IMG/VR virus record: IMGVR_UViG_3300027396_000022
Span: 1-64,000 of that record
Origin: a virus
Reading direction: 5' to 3' (one strand)
DNA: 64,000 nucleotides
The first letter of the stretch is position 1. Each line of letters opens with the position of its first letter. A model generated the notes under the pieces. The model did no database searches and was not told where the DNA came from. It saw nothing but the letters and a program-made list of their open reading frames with translations. Positions 28,301-38,817 of the stretch are shown piece by piece. The position numbers and the translations under genes are program-made.

Positions 28301-29918
28301 AATGGCTTTGGCTCCTCAAGCGCAGCGACTTCAAGCAGAGGCGGCCTTTAGGCAGCGGCAAATTAAAGCAGAAGAACAGTTGGCGCAAACCCCTGCTGTA
28401 CTTGGTGCAATTCCACCTAGCGAAGGAGAAGGAAAGAAAAAGAAAGGGAAAGAACTTGATGAATATAATAGAAGTCAGCTCGATTTTATTAAGCAGCGTT
28501 TTGATAAAGAAAAACAAGTATTAGATCAGCAATTGCAAGCCAATTTGGTTTCAAAAACTTCTTACGATATTAAACTTGCTGAATTGACACTTGAAACTGA
28601 AAGAGCTGAGTTACAGGAAAGATTCCGATTGGAATCAGAGAAAATCCAAAAGGATAATTTAAGTGCCGCCGATAAAGCTTTAGCGATTAAAGATCAAGAA
28701 GTGAAACTCGCCAATGGCTTGGCTATTGCCGAAAAACAGCGTGATATTGCGGTAAAGGGCGCCAAATTAGAACTGCGCCAGCCCTTCATCGAATCGCTGC
28801 GCAGCGAAAATATGGAAATTGACAAGCAAAATGCATTGATTGAAAGATTGAAAAAGGGATATAGCGATTTAACACCTGAACAAGAAGCATCATTTATCAT
28901 TGAAGAAAAAGTTGCAAGATTAAAGGCAGATGAACAAAAACTGATTCAAACAGATATCGATAATTTAAAACAGCAAATCCAATTACGCATTGAAAACGCA
29001 AAGCTTTTAGAAAAAGAGCAAGGTTTGCAGTCGGCGCGACAAGGCTTAAACCTGATAGGAGCTGGTATGCAAGCGGGCTTCGCAGGAAGCGCGGCTAATG
29101 TTTTTGAAAGGACAATGGAACAATATGGAGATAGAAATTATGCCGCCCAATTGGCTGAAATTGAGACGGCAGCGATGAAACTTCGTAGTGTATTTGAGGG
29201 ATTGCAGGGCGCCATTCAAAGCATTAGCGGAGCTTTTGCCAATGTTTTGACAGAGGGTGTGGCGGGAATGATTGCAGGCACTGCCACTGCAAAAGAAGTA
29301 TTTGCCAACTTCTTGCAAAGCGTTGCGCAAGCACTGTCTCAAGCAGCAGCGCAAATGATTGCCACTTACATTGCTATTGGTGTTGCAAAAATGTTTGCAG
29401 GAATGGGAGGAGGCTCAAACGCTGACATGTCAAAAACGGGCATCAGCGAAGGAACTCTTGCTCCCATGCGTCAGTATTCAATGGAGGGTCCCTTGACTGG
29501 CATGACTGGCATTGCGAATGGCGGATTCCTCTCTGGCGGTTTCCAAGCATTCGCCAACGGCGGCATGGTTGCTGGTCCCACTCTTGGACTCGTTGGCGAA
29601 GGCGGCGAAAGCGAATTTGTCATCCCATCTTCCAAGATGGAAGGTGCAATGAAGCGTTACAATGCAGGCGCACGAGGGGCTGGTGTGATTCCCGCTGGAA
29701 GGGATGTATCCTCCATGGAAACTGGTGGAATAATGGTTACAAGCCCAATCGACGTGAGATACACTGTAGAGCGTATCAATAGCATTGATTACGTCACTGC
29801 CGATCAATTCCAGCAAGGCATGTCTCGCGCAGTGCAGCAAGGCGCTTTACAGGGTGAACAGCGCACACTCCGCAAGCTTCGTAATTCACAAACCACTCGT
29901 TCTCGTGTTGGGATTTAA
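25302..29918 (+). CDS. Tape measure protein
   Basis: 1538 aa, Ala/Gly/Gln helical; LGIASPSR, QMASKGQVMSEEL, FANGG.V.GPTLGLVGEGG.E. Confidence 0.93.
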   Translation: MAAQDAELKLKVSLDLAFFRQQLAGLGQAAAGTPLPVQIRFDRRSVQNELNALGANIRRRNYTLNVNTNLKAEIENASKLAKALNELGRSRGTAQQGINQQLGLGQLLKGPQSGGIGSKDVERLYRAAARAGILEYSKEVARTKASAVAALEEVGSDSVKGLLNGLKSEDEKLRAAAEYLGESLIKTVKNVLGIASPSREFKKIGQNVGEGFQQGMMSSMDKAFDAVEGLMRARMKVLDTIARGMFRMAGIDPAAIRAEAAQRRALPGVNFPATVPPRNVSIGPSGTGRALPPGAIPSALPGTAFGAQRYLPTALSDELKTILRGAAFAFVDSLKQQVRSTRIGLGATQQPLLGASRIAGLLPAGVGRAPSVYSTGAVGGETRAEMMARREREARMRSDLRGMDVIGGGAGRTPSPYSYAYRGARPTSAIVPYATGGAIVPQPSMAGGGAQPPAGGGGGRFGGFGGMIPGAGDFGRAIGGVNLPGTGTIRELGQEFGFAAKQVVLFGQAYKLLAFIQNLPAQVGAAVGQLQSFRNTLNAVTPSTEEARASNELLLGLMEKYNVPLQSARDGFTKLYASMAPAGFSGNEIRDLFTGITKAAATFGMSADKVDRVNYAFAQMASKGQVMSEELKGQLGDVLPGAMALFAEAAGFKGPKAIQDFSAALEDGAYKGEAMVALLKNVTVVMNKEFGPGAEGAARTFQGVMNRMQNSMALFYESFEPVAVGFLNSVVAPMTDGIKQLTDGLNAFFTGTAAKTAGGFAIAQELERLRPAFDGIGQNVSTFVVQLGELARVALDVGKVFLQIAGNPIVGYLAKLYAIALPINIALGVMRGLWAANALQLLIFNARVASGTSTLSAFRGMMAATGATAQTTAASIRTAGITLRTFFATTGVGLVVVGISMLIEKFLTMNQALADTKAKAMGAVQAIRSMSQTEARAAEQQAQSAYQTIGAIAGRGGTQQPGGDRLVPVSERELKQLQGLGAIRSQQTPGGPIYVKRSEVMALAPQAQRLQAEAAFRQRQIKAEEQLAQTPAVLGAIPPSEGEGKKKKGKELDEYNRSQLDFIKQRFDKEKQVLDQQLQANLVSKTSYDIKLAELTLETERAELQERFRLESEKIQKDNLSAADKALAIKDQEVKLANGLAIAEKQRDIAVKGAKLELRQPFIESLRSENMEIDKQNALIERLKKGYSDLTPEQEASFIIEEKVARLKADEQKLIQTDIDNLKQQIQLRIENAKLLEKEQGLQSARQGLNLIGAGMQAGFAGSAANVFERTMEQYGDRNYAAQLAEIETAAMKLRSVFEGLQGAIQSISGAFANVLTEGVAGMIAGTATAKEVFANFLQSVAQALSQAAAQMIATYIAIGVAKMFAGMGGGSNADMSKTGISEGTLAPMRQYSMEGPLTGMTGIANGGFLSGGFQAFANGGMVAGPTLGLVGEGGESEFVIPSSKMEGAMKRYNAGARGAGVIPAGRDVSSMETGGIMVTSPIDVRYTVERINSIDYVTADQFQQGMSRAVQQGALQGEQRTLRKLRNSQTTRSRVGI

Positions 29919-29921
29919 CAA

Positions 29922-30452
29922 ATGACTGCTCGCGACTACCCATTCTTCAGTGATCGTTTAGCTCTCGCTCAATATGTCACTTTTTACGAAGTGGCCAAAA
30001 ATGGCTCTTTAAATGGAGTTTATAGAGGGCAAAATTTCTTTATTAACGAGCAAGTAGATTACGATAATGGCAATGGAGGGCAAGCTAAATACAACTTTGT
30101 ACCTTTTGCTTTTACTGGCGTTACTGTTTCTAGGAACGGTGATAACGAAAGCACATCCTTAATTTTTCCTAACAATGCAGTGGTCCGAGTCTGGACAACT
30201 GCTTTACTAGGAGCAGGAAGAAGATGGGTGGCACAAGTGGACACGTTAATTGTTGACCCTGATAATAGTGCAAAAAACAATCGCCTTTCTTCATACACAG
30301 GACAAGTAATTAGCGCGGGATGGGCTGGGCCACGATTGGAGATTCAACTCGGTTCAGTATTGGATGCTGTTGGAGCTGATGTGCCTCGCAGAAGAATTAC
30401 AGAAGGAGCTTTTGGACCATTGCCAACCACTGCTTCCATCCGTATGGCATGA
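29922..30452 (+). CDS. Minor tail protein (gpL-like)
   Basis: Follows TMP; F.PFAF.G, L.SVLDAVG..VP.R. Confidence 0.6.
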   Translation: MTARDYPFFSDRLALAQYVTFYEVAKNGSLNGVYRGQNFFINEQVDYDNGNGGQAKYNFVPFAFTGVTVSRNGDNESTSLIFPNNAVVRVWTTALLGAGRRWVAQVDTLIVDPDNSAKNNRLSSYTGQVISAGWAGPRLEIQLGSVLDAVGADVPRRRITEGAFGPLPTTASIRMA

Positions 30453-30838
30453 CAATCTCGCCTTCATCCCTAATTGGGCGCCCATATAAGCTCGGTGCAG
30501 ATGGAAGCGGAACTGAAATTGATTGCATTCATTTGGTATATGCCACTTGGCGTTATCTTGGTATTCCTTCGCCAGCGTTTGAAAATCAATGGTATGTGGC
30601 ATCAAATAGGTATATAGCGAAAGCAATTTTGCGATGGGGCGCTAGGATACAAGCACCCTACCAGGACGGGGATTTATTGCTGCTACCAGACAAAACACAC
30701 GTTTTTGCCGTGGTGTGGCAATCAGGCATCCTTTACATTAATAGAGACTTAGGAGCTGTTTCTTGGTGTCCATTGAGCGCAATTCCTCCATGTCACGTTT
30801 TTCGATGCCGATCCTGCCTTACGAAAGGCAGCTCATAG
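30449..30838 (+). CDS. NlpC/P60-like tail assembly protein
   Basis: LIG.PY.LG.DG....IDCI.LV. Confidence 0.7.
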   Translation: MTISPSSLIGRPYKLGADGSGTEIDCIHLVYATWRYLGIPSPAFENQWYVASNRYIAKAILRWGARIQAPYQDGDLLLLPDKTHVFAVVWQSGILYINRDLGAVSWCPLSAIPPCHVFRCRSCLTKGSS

Positions 30839-33800
30839 AATTACTTGGCTGTAGCCCTGAGGAATATTGCGCTTTTAAAGAAGAAGTGATGCTGCGCTCC
30901 AAAGAGCGTCCAGCAGCGTACGAAGGCATCCCTGATATTGTCAATGGTGAAACGGCGTGGATTATTGCATCAATTATTATTTCCATTGGCAGCACTGCAG
31001 CGAGTTATTTTCTTGCTCCAAAACCTCCCGAAGCCGGTGGAACAAAACAACGAAATAGACAGCTAGATAGCATTGTCGGGCGTGATAGATTTGCTCCCAC
31101 TTTTGGTTTTCAAGCGGGACAAGATATTTCTCGCTACGGCGAATCCATCCCCATTGTTTTTACAAAGCATTTTTATCAAGGATTCCTGCGTCAATACATT
31201 GGCGGGGTAATGATTAGCCCCAAGCTTGTATGGTCTCGTTCTTATAGCTGGGGACGTTTTCAAAGCATCGATATGATGTTCTTAGCAGGGCAAGGCCAAA
31301 TGGGGCGTGGCCCTTATTCCACTGCAGCAGAAATTGCAGAAGATCGAGCTGGTGTTTATATTGGGCAGTCTCCCATTGATTCCCTTCTTCCTTCTGATTA
31401 TCGATGGTTTTATTATCAGGGAGCTGCTGCAAATAGTAATGGCATTGGCTATGCAAATGATAGTAGGCTTGTTGCGACGCACCATCGCCATGGAGATTGG
31501 GGGGATGATGGTCCTCCTAATTCTGCGTTCTATGCCCCGTCTTTTGCTGGTGGTGACGCAGCCGGCTTTAGTCACTGTTTTTCTCCTTCTACGCAGCTTC
31601 AATTTGGCGTATATGGAGCTATTCCTAATGGCACACCTTTACGCTTAAATTGGCAAATTATAAGCAACATTGATGACTACACAGACGAAACAAGAGATAG
31701 CAATAGGGCTAAGCGTGTGATGATTTGTGGCAATACCAGCATGAATGGCATTGGCAGGAATTATCCGAGGCAAATTGGAATTGTATTGCATAATAATTAC
31801 GCCACTTCATTCACTGGAGACAACGGGGAATATAGAACTATTCAAAAAGGAGATACTATTACTCTTATATATAATGCGCAGCGGCTTCAAAGACAGTTTT
31901 ACGCAGAAAGTTATATCGATGAAGACAACATAGATACGCGGGGCCTTGATAACACTGAAATAATCACAACATCGCAGTCTGAGCTTGAAAAATACGACGA
32001 GGTGTTGCAGCGTGGCACTTATTTCTTCGTGGGCAATTGTAAATTTATTGTCGACTCAAGAACACCAGCAGATGAAATTTATAATAAGCGCACCAGGAAG
32101 GCATTTTCTATCAAATTAAAATGTGTTGAAGTTTATCCAGATAAACTTGGCTTTGGCCGCATTGGCATTTGCAATCCATCATATGTCAATAGCACCACTC
32201 CACTTCCGCGCAGCAGGGCTGCAGTCGGTACAGATATTGGGGCTCCATGGTTTCCCTTGTGTCAGGCAGAGGTGGCTTCGTTCCAGAACACTCGCAAGTG
32301 TCAATACACGGAAATAGGGATTAAGTCTAATGTTTGGTTGCGTTTCAATAATTTATGTAACTTTACAAACCTTCCAGAACCGGAGGCTCTTGATAACTTT
32401 GATAGCAAAAATATTATACTGTCTGCTGGTACATTACAAACATATACCACAAGGGCTTCGTTTTTCTTTATTTACGTAAAGCCCGCCAATGCTTCTTCTT
32501 CTCAAGACTGGCATTTGATTACTGACATCCCATTTTGCGTCACAGGTTCATCTCCTCAGGATAAATTTAACTTTATTCGCATTGCCCATAATTTTGATCA
32601 GTTTGAGTATCAATTGCGCCCAGTATCATCTTCTGAAATTGTTCATATTATTGGGCGAGATCAATATTGTTTCAGGCTTAACGCCGAGGCGTCATTCTTG
32701 CCTCAAGAAACAAAGCAGACGCCTTATGGTCCCTTCACTGTTTATACCAAGGGAACAAAGGATCAAATAAGCAGCTTTGCTACTAATGATGAATTGATTA
32801 ATACAAATATTGATAAGGATGCTCAGTATTATACGGATACCGAAATTGGCGTAAAATTTGTTCGCGCAACATTGCTTAGCAACGGAAGTACGGCATCTCC
32901 AAACCAATTAAGCAACGCAATTAGCAAGGCTATTAATAAGGACGCCGATCCAAATGCTTCTGAACAGGGATTTCCCGATATCCCATGGGGAGGCATTGGC
33001 GAGGGCAGTATTTACACTTTCACAAATCCAGAAGCAAACTTGTTTAGTGTTGCCCTTTCTAAGAGTGGCCTCTCCAAGGAAATGTCATTAAAAATGGACA
33101 TTCAAGTGTATAAAGGAACTGCGTCAGGTGACAGAGATTTGTTTTGGCGCATTGTTGATATTCGGCCAATTAATGTCACATCTGATAATAATTTTAAGTG
33201 GAGCAAGGGAGACGTATTTACGATTACAAAATCACTAATCAATCCTATTGATTCTGTTGTTTTTCATTTTGAAGTTACTCGTGGCATCTCTGGAAAGCTG
33301 CCTAATGCAACCGTGGCACCTGGGCAGTACGAACGTATTTTTGAAGGTAATTCTGCCATCGCTGAAGTTTCGCACTATGGAGATTTAATTAGCAGGAGTT
33401 GCGACAATGGCCCGGAGCATGAAGTGGTATATGTAAATGAAAGCCTTACGCCAACAAATATTCCCACTTATGAAGGATGCGCAATGGCCGGTCTTCGCAT
33501 TCGCAGCGGACGCAACATGAGCCAGTTGGAGCAGCTTCATTTATATCAAAAGAATGGCATTCAAGTGGAGCTTGTAAGGAGCACTGGAAAGCCTTACGCG
33601 GTTGGTCCGTCGAATATATTTACGGATCTTGTGTATTATTTGCTGACCAACAAGCAAGCTGGCATGGGAGGATTAGTTGGTGATTCAGTGGTTGATGTAG
33701 AGAGTTTTCAAGAAACCGCAAAATTTCTTGAAAGTAATTATTTGTATTACGACGATGTAATTACGGAGCCTAAAAATCTTAGGGATTTTATTGCTTCCAT

Positions 33801-34665
33801 CGTCCCATCATTACTATGCACATTGTCCACTCGCAATGGGAAGATTGCTATTACTCCGGCATTACCCGCTCAGCGCACTGGATCTATTGAACCATTGGTA
33901 AGCGTGCCAATTCGTGCAATGTTTACTGATGGCAATATTATTGAAGACTCCTTTGAGCTGCAGCACATTTCTGCTGACGACAGAAAACCATTCAAGGCGT
34001 CCATTCGTTATAGGCAAGAAAAGACGAATCAATTCCCGGAAGAAAAAAATATTGTCGTCTACTACAACGACCAAGCTGATGCTCCTATTGAGCAATTTGA
34101 TTTCACTCACATTACTTCACGCATCCATGCAGAGCAGGCAGCCAAGTATTTGTTGAGTTCACGCAGAAATATTACGCATACTATTAGCTTCAAGGCTGTG
34201 CCATATGGCATTGCATTGGCTCCAGGCGATTACATTCGCGTTGTAACGCAAAGTAATATTTTTGATCCCGATGCAAATAATGGCGTCATCTTAGACGATC
34301 AAGATGACAATGCAAATGATCCGCGCAAAGGTAACTTTGCTGGTGGCACCATTGTTTCTTTTGAGCCAATTCCAGATGGAAACCACCCGGTGTTTTTATG
34401 GGACAGGACAAATCAAGATGTGCAGGATACAACTATTTTGGTAAAGGATGGAATGGCTTTTAATCAGCGCAATGCCATGTTCTGTCTTCGCAAAGACATT
34501 AATAGGGAAGAAGTGTACACGGTTGAATCTCTTCAGTTAGATGAAGATGGAATGGTAATGATTACTGCCAGTTATTTTCCTCTTTATGGCGGCACAGATT
34601 ACAGTAAAATTGCATATGAGGTGGTACGCGGTGGACAAATTGGTTTCACCGTCGAAGCAAACTAA
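30790..34665 (+). CDS. Tail tip / host specificity protein (gpJ-like)
   Basis: ~1290 aa; YGE.IPIVF N-terminus, LAPGDYI.V C-terminal motif. Confidence 0.8.
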   Translation: MSRFSMPILPYERQLIELLGCSPEEYCAFKEEVMLRSKERPAAYEGIPDIVNGETAWIIASIIISIGSTAASYFLAPKPPEAGGTKQRNRQLDSIVGRDRFAPTFGFQAGQDISRYGESIPIVFTKHFYQGFLRQYIGGVMISPKLVWSRSYSWGRFQSIDMMFLAGQGQMGRGPYSTAAEIAEDRAGVYIGQSPIDSLLPSDYRWFYYQGAAANSNGIGYANDSRLVATHHRHGDWGDDGPPNSAFYAPSFAGGDAAGFSHCFSPSTQLQFGVYGAIPNGTPLRLNWQIISNIDDYTDETRDSNRAKRVMICGNTSMNGIGRNYPRQIGIVLHNNYATSFTGDNGEYRTIQKGDTITLIYNAQRLQRQFYAESYIDEDNIDTRGLDNTEIITTSQSELEKYDEVLQRGTYFFVGNCKFIVDSRTPADEIYNKRTRKAFSIKLKCVEVYPDKLGFGRIGICNPSYVNSTTPLPRSRAAVGTDIGAPWFPLCQAEVASFQNTRKCQYTEIGIKSNVWLRFNNLCNFTNLPEPEALDNFDSKNIILSAGTLQTYTTRASFFFIYVKPANASSSQDWHLITDIPFCVTGSSPQDKFNFIRIAHNFDQFEYQLRPVSSSEIVHIIGRDQYCFRLNAEASFLPQETKQTPYGPFTVYTKGTKDQISSFATNDELINTNIDKDAQYYTDTEIGVKFVRATLLSNGSTASPNQLSNAISKAINKDADPNASEQGFPDIPWGGIGEGSIYTFTNPEANLFSVALSKSGLSKEMSLKMDIQVYKGTASGDRDLFWRIVDIRPINVTSDNNFKWSKGDVFTITKSLINPIDSVVFHFEVTRGISGKLPNATVAPGQYERIFEGNSAIAEVSHYGDLISRSCDNGPEHEVVYVNESLTPTNIPTYEGCAMAGLRIRSGRNMSQLEQLHLYQKNGIQVELVRSTGKPYAVGPSNIFTDLVYYLLTNKQAGMGGLVGDSVVDVESFQETAKFLESNYLYYDDVITEPKNLRDFIASIVPSLLCTLSTRNGKIAITPALPAQRTGSIEPLVSVPIRAMFTDGNIIEDSFELQHISADDRKPFKASIRYRQEKTNQFPEEKNIVVYYNDQADAPIEQFDFTHITSRIHAEQAAKYLLSSRRNITHTISFKAVPYGIALAPGDYIRVVTQSNIFDPDANNGVILDDQDDNANDPRKGNFAGGTIVSFEPIPDGNHPVFLWDRTNQDVQDTTILVKDGMAFNQRNAMFCLRKDINREEVYTVESLQLDEDGMVMITASYFPLYGGTDYSKIAYEVVRGGQIGFTVEAN

Positions 34666-34667
34666 TC

Positions 34668-35048
34668 ATGAGTCTTCCAGACATCACGCCCACTTCTCGA
34701 TCACTAAATCTTGGTCCATGGCCGCTTAAAACTTTCCGTCTCAATAATGGAGCTGAAATTCGGCGTCTTTATGGCAATAGGCGAAATAATTTAGAGCTTG
34801 AACTTACCTACGAAAACTTACCAGACAGCGTGGCAAATCAATTTAGAGAGAAATATGATGATACAAAGGGAGGGTTTGATACATTTCGACTTCCAGGCAA
34901 TACATTTGCTGGGTGGACAAGTGACTCTGGCACCTATATTGGACCCACTGCCAACGTTTGGAGATATAAAGAGCCTCCCACTATTACCAATGTAAAAAGA
35001 GGTGTTAGCACTGTGCAGGTGGTCTTAATTAGCGTGTTTGTTCAATAA
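34668..35048 (+). CDS. Minor/distal tail protein
   Basis: P.ITPTSR, GAE.R..YG, WRY..PP. Confidence 0.6.
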   Translation: MSLPDITPTSRSLNLGPWPLKTFRLNNGAEIRRLYGNRRNNLELELTYENLPDSVANQFREKYDDTKGGFDTFRLPGNTFAGWTSDSGTYIGPTANVWRYKEPPTITNVKRGVSTVQVVLISVFVQ

Positions 35049-35090
35049 GACACGTTGGAACAATTAGACTAATTAGTAGGTGACTGTGCT

Positions 35091-35531
35091 ATGACTTATT
35101 TCACTGGACGAAATGGGAAAATGGTGGTCGGTGGTTCTACCATCGCCAAGGTTACATCATGGTCCATGAACGCAGACTTGGACCTTTTGGAAACCACTGC
35201 ATTAAATGATGCCAATAAAAGTTTTGTAGCCAATCTTCCTACTTATACTGGTAGTGCCACAATTTTATATTACAAAGATGCTGCTGGCGCCTTTGAAACT
35301 GATGGCATTTTTGGCAGATTATTAAGGCGAAACGCATCACTAGCAACTGCTACTTTGCGGCTACAAATAGCGGACGGTAACACTGTGCGAGAAGTAGTTT
35401 TAGAAGCATTTATTACATCATTAGCCATTGGAAGTTCTGTGGGAGAAATCGTATCAGCAGATATTAATTTCCAGGCAACGGGAGACCTTGCCGATCCTAC
35501 GGCTCAAGCACCTGCTGGTGTTGCATTGTAA
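35091..35531 (+). CDS. Tail-tube-like protein
   Basis: G..G.....V.SWS......ETT.L.D; GEIVSA.I.FQ.TG. Confidence 0.6.
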   Translation: MTYFTGRNGKMVVGGSTIAKVTSWSMNADLDLLETTALNDANKSFVANLPTYTGSATILYYKDAAGAFETDGIFGRLLRRNASLATATLRLQIADGNTVREVVLEAFITSLAIGSSVGEIVSADINFQATGDLADPTAQAPAGVAL

Positions 35532-35533
35532 TC

Positions 35534-36454
35534 ATGAGTGTTTATCTTGGACATCGAGGGCGAATTGAACTGCAGCGCACTGGGCAGTCAAAGATTGTCA
35601 CCAATGTATTGGCTAATCATGTCAATGCCGATTTAGATCGGCTTCAATTGGATTTTGGTCAAGAGAACGGAGTGGATTTATTATGCCCTTTTAATAATGG
35701 CGATGAGATAGAATTTCGCGGGCCAATAAACGCCGCAGGAAATCGCACATTATTATCTTTTGTATCGGCTAGTGGCTGGTCAGATGGCAATCAGCATGGC
35801 TCTGGAAAATGGTTTGTTAATGTTGATGACCTAGGTGGAATACGCCTTTATTCAAGTTTTGAGGCAAGTCTGGCTGGAGATACTGGTACGTCTATTCCAT
35901 TGGAAACACTTGCTAATGATATTGACAATGTAGAACTAGAGCTTGCAAATAATATCCCGCGCATACTAGGCAGGGCTATTTCTTGGGAATTAAATACAAC
36001 CAGGGAGAATGTTGATACGACTGTATTAATGGATCAATTCAGGAGTCAATGGTCGAGTTTGATGTCTGGAAGTGGGCGAATTAATGCTCAATGGAATTAC
36101 AGAGAAGAAGTTGGAGAAACCGGAATTGATATTTCCAATTATTTTCTACAGCTAGCTTTGCGTACTGAAATTGGGGCTCAGTTTAAGGCTCAATTGTTCC
36201 TTAAAACTCCTGGAGCTGGAGGCTTAAATCCAGACGGCACTGACGACGCGCTTTGGTATGACATTTCTGGAGTGGTTACGCAAGCGGGGGTGCAAGTGTC
36301 GCCAGATGCATTGATAGAAGTTGGAATAGATTTTATTACAACGGGACCAATTAAATTACTTGCTCGTACTATTCCATTGGATGTTATCTTGCAGGAAAAT
36401 GGAGATGATCTTTTGTTAGATGGTTTAGTTGCTGGCCGCCTCTTGCTAGAGTGA
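35534..36454 (+). CDS. Structural tail protein with tube-like C-terminal half
   Basis: SWELNT.RE.VDTT.L.D...SGSG; I.FITTG. Confidence 0.6.
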   Translation: MSVYLGHRGRIELQRTGQSKIVTNVLANHVNADLDRLQLDFGQENGVDLLCPFNNGDEIEFRGPINAAGNRTLLSFVSASGWSDGNQHGSGKWFVNVDDLGGIRLYSSFEASLAGDTGTSIPLETLANDIDNVELELANNIPRILGRAISWELNTTRENVDTTVLMDQFRSQWSSLMSGSGRINAQWNYREEVGETGIDISNYFLQLALRTEIGAQFKAQLFLKTPGAGGLNPDGTDDALWYDISGVVTQAGVQVSPDALIEVGIDFITTGPIKLLARTIPLDVILQENGDDLLLDGLVAGRLLLE

Positions 36455-36482
36455 GGCATAGCGTAAAAAGCAGCGCTGAATT

Positions 36483-38807
36483 ATGGCCGACCTTAAAATT
36501 TCTCAACTTACAGAACTTGCTGCCGCTGATTTGGCAAGCGATGATGTGTTGGCTGTTGTTAATCTTGGCACTGGAGAAACGCGAAAAATCAAGGCCACTT
36601 CATTAATTAATAGAAGCGTAATTTTTCTTTCTGGCAGTACCATTTCTGGAAGTGCTGTTAATTTTAGTAGCGTTACTATTAGTGGAACATCTTTAGCAAG
36701 CGGCACAGTTTCGTCTGGTAATATTGCGTTTAATTCAATTACTGCTCAATTATTGGCAGACAATAGCGTCAATGTAGTAGACAGCGCTCTGCCAGCGTCT
36801 GGTGAATTTTTAGGGCAATTTGCTACTACAACTGGAGATGATTTTATTTATGCATGGGATGGATCATCTTGGTCTCCTATTAAAGCGGCTGGATCTATTG
36901 CTTCTGTTAGTGGTGTAGCATCTGGCATTGTAAATATTGCTTCTATTACAACTAGCGGAAATGCCGTCATTAGTGGTTATTTATCTGCCACTACTTCCGG
37001 CTCTCAATTCCTAGCTGGGCCGACTGGAGCTGGAGGATCAGTATATTATCGCCCTATTGAATCTTCCGATCTTCCCATTGCTACCACGGCCCAAGCGGGA
37101 GCTGTCATTATCAATGGAAATGGCCTGACGCTAAGTGGCAACACTGTTGCCATTGACAATTTTATTTCCACTGCTTCTGGCTTTTTAGGCGTTGCAGTTA
37201 ATGAATATGGCTTGATTACTCATACCAGGGCTGTTGTTGGAGCGGATCTCCCCATTGCTCAATCTGGAATTACTGGAGCGGTTCAGCCCGGTACTGGCCT
37301 TGATGTGGATGGTGTGGGAACTATTGGCCATTCCAACTCCATTGCATCTGGAGTGGTAAACGGCATTACATTTGATACTGAAGGGCACATTACAAATGCC
37401 ATCCCATTAATTGCAGCAGATATTCCAAATCTTGATGCCAGCAAGATAACGACTGGCACCCTTGACAATGCGCGCATAGCTGCTCAAAGTATTGTGGGCG
37501 CCAAACTGGCCGATAGGTCTACGGCGCAATTCGGTGATAATCAACCCACTGCAGAATATATTGGCCAGCTTTATTTTAATAGCCTTTCACGAGATATTTA
37601 TATTTGGGACGGCAACGTTTGGCAGCCGATTGGTATTTCAGTTGGTGAAATTGTATTCGCCGGTACATACGATGCAGGTACCAATTTAGTTGCTTCTGTG
37701 ACCAGCGATGGTTCTGCTGTTGGCTTAGTAGTTGGACAAGCACTGCCTGCTGCCGCCACTGCAAATAATAGATATTATCTTGTTGTTTCGGAAGCAGGCA
37801 CTGGCACTGGTAATGCACCAAATGTAGCGCTTGCACCTCCAGATATTATTCTTTCCAATGGAAGCGCATGGACTGAAATTGACGTTAGTCAAACTCTTAC
37901 TAACGTAACAGCAAACCAAGTTTCCTATACGCCCGCTGGAAACATTGCTGCAACAAATGTACAAGCGGCATTGGATGAATTAGATAATGAAAAGCTTGCC
38001 GTAAGCGGCGGGACAGTTACGGGAGTAATTACCCTTAGCAATACAAGTAGTGGCATTGCTTTTGAAGGCACTACTGATAATGCTTTTGAGACTTTACTCA
38101 ATGCTGTAGATCCAACCGCCGACAATACAATATTATTACCAAACCTTAGTGGCACATTAATTACCACCGGAGATACGGCCACAATTAGTGGTGTCATGAT
38201 TGCTAGTGGCACTATTACTAACGCCAAAATCAGTCCAACTGCGGCTATTGACGGAGCAAAAATTCAAGCAGCAAGCACGACGACGAGTGGCGTTGTTGTG
38301 TTAGTGGATTCAACTAGCAGCACAAGCACGTCTACTGCCGCCACTCCGAATTCAGTTAAGACTGCTTATGATCTAGCAAATGCAGCGCTACCATCATCTG
38401 GTGGCACAATGACAGGAGCAATTACATTTGCCTCTGGACAAACTATTAGCGGATATGCACAACTAGCGAGTGCGCAAAGCTTTACTGCGGCTCAGCGGGG
38501 TTCAGTTGTTAGCGTTGCTGGAAGCGGAACTGTAACGCTTAATTTAGCATTGGGCAATAATTTTGCTGCCACATTGAGTGGAACCACTACTTATGCATTG
38601 CCGTCTGGAATGACTGCGGGCCAAAGCGGGGCTTTAGTGCTAACGCAAGATGGCACAGGAAGTCGCCTGGTTTCCTTCTCTGGATGGAAATTCCCTGGCG
38701 GGACAGCTCCAACTGCCACTACAACGGCATCGGGAGTTGACGTGGTTGTTTATTACGTCGAAAGTGCTTCTAGAATTAGCGCTCGCATGGTTAATGATGT
38801 GAAGTAG
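36483..38807 (+). CDS. Long tail fibre / fibre-base protein
   Basis: MADLKISQLT start, Ser/Thr/Gly/Ala repeats, AATPNSVKTAYDLA, QDGTGSR C-terminal domain. Confidence 0.85.
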   Translation: MADLKISQLTELAAADLASDDVLAVVNLGTGETRKIKATSLINRSVIFLSGSTISGSAVNFSSVTISGTSLASGTVSSGNIAFNSITAQLLADNSVNVVDSALPASGEFLGQFATTTGDDFIYAWDGSSWSPIKAAGSIASVSGVASGIVNIASITTSGNAVISGYLSATTSGSQFLAGPTGAGGSVYYRPIESSDLPIATTAQAGAVIINGNGLTLSGNTVAIDNFISTASGFLGVAVNEYGLITHTRAVVGADLPIAQSGITGAVQPGTGLDVDGVGTIGHSNSIASGVVNGITFDTEGHITNAIPLIAADIPNLDASKITTGTLDNARIAAQSIVGAKLADRSTAQFGDNQPTAEYIGQLYFNSLSRDIYIWDGNVWQPIGISVGEIVFAGTYDAGTNLVASVTSDGSAVGLVVGQALPAAATANNRYYLVVSEAGTGTGNAPNVALAPPDIILSNGSAWTEIDVSQTLTNVTANQVSYTPAGNIAATNVQAALDELDNEKLAVSGGTVTGVITLSNTSSGIAFEGTTDNAFETLLNAVDPTADNTILLPNLSGTLITTGDTATISGVMIASGTITNAKISPTAAIDGAKIQAASTTTSGVVVLVDSTSSTSTSTAATPNSVKTAYDLANAALPSSGGTMTGAITFASGQTISGYAQLASAQSFTAAQRGSVVSVAGSGTVTLNLALGNNFAATLSGTTTYALPSGMTAGQSGALVLTQDGTGSRLVSFSGWKFPGGTAPTATTTASGVDVVVYYVESASRISARMVNDVK

Positions 38808-38817
38808 GAGAAAACTA

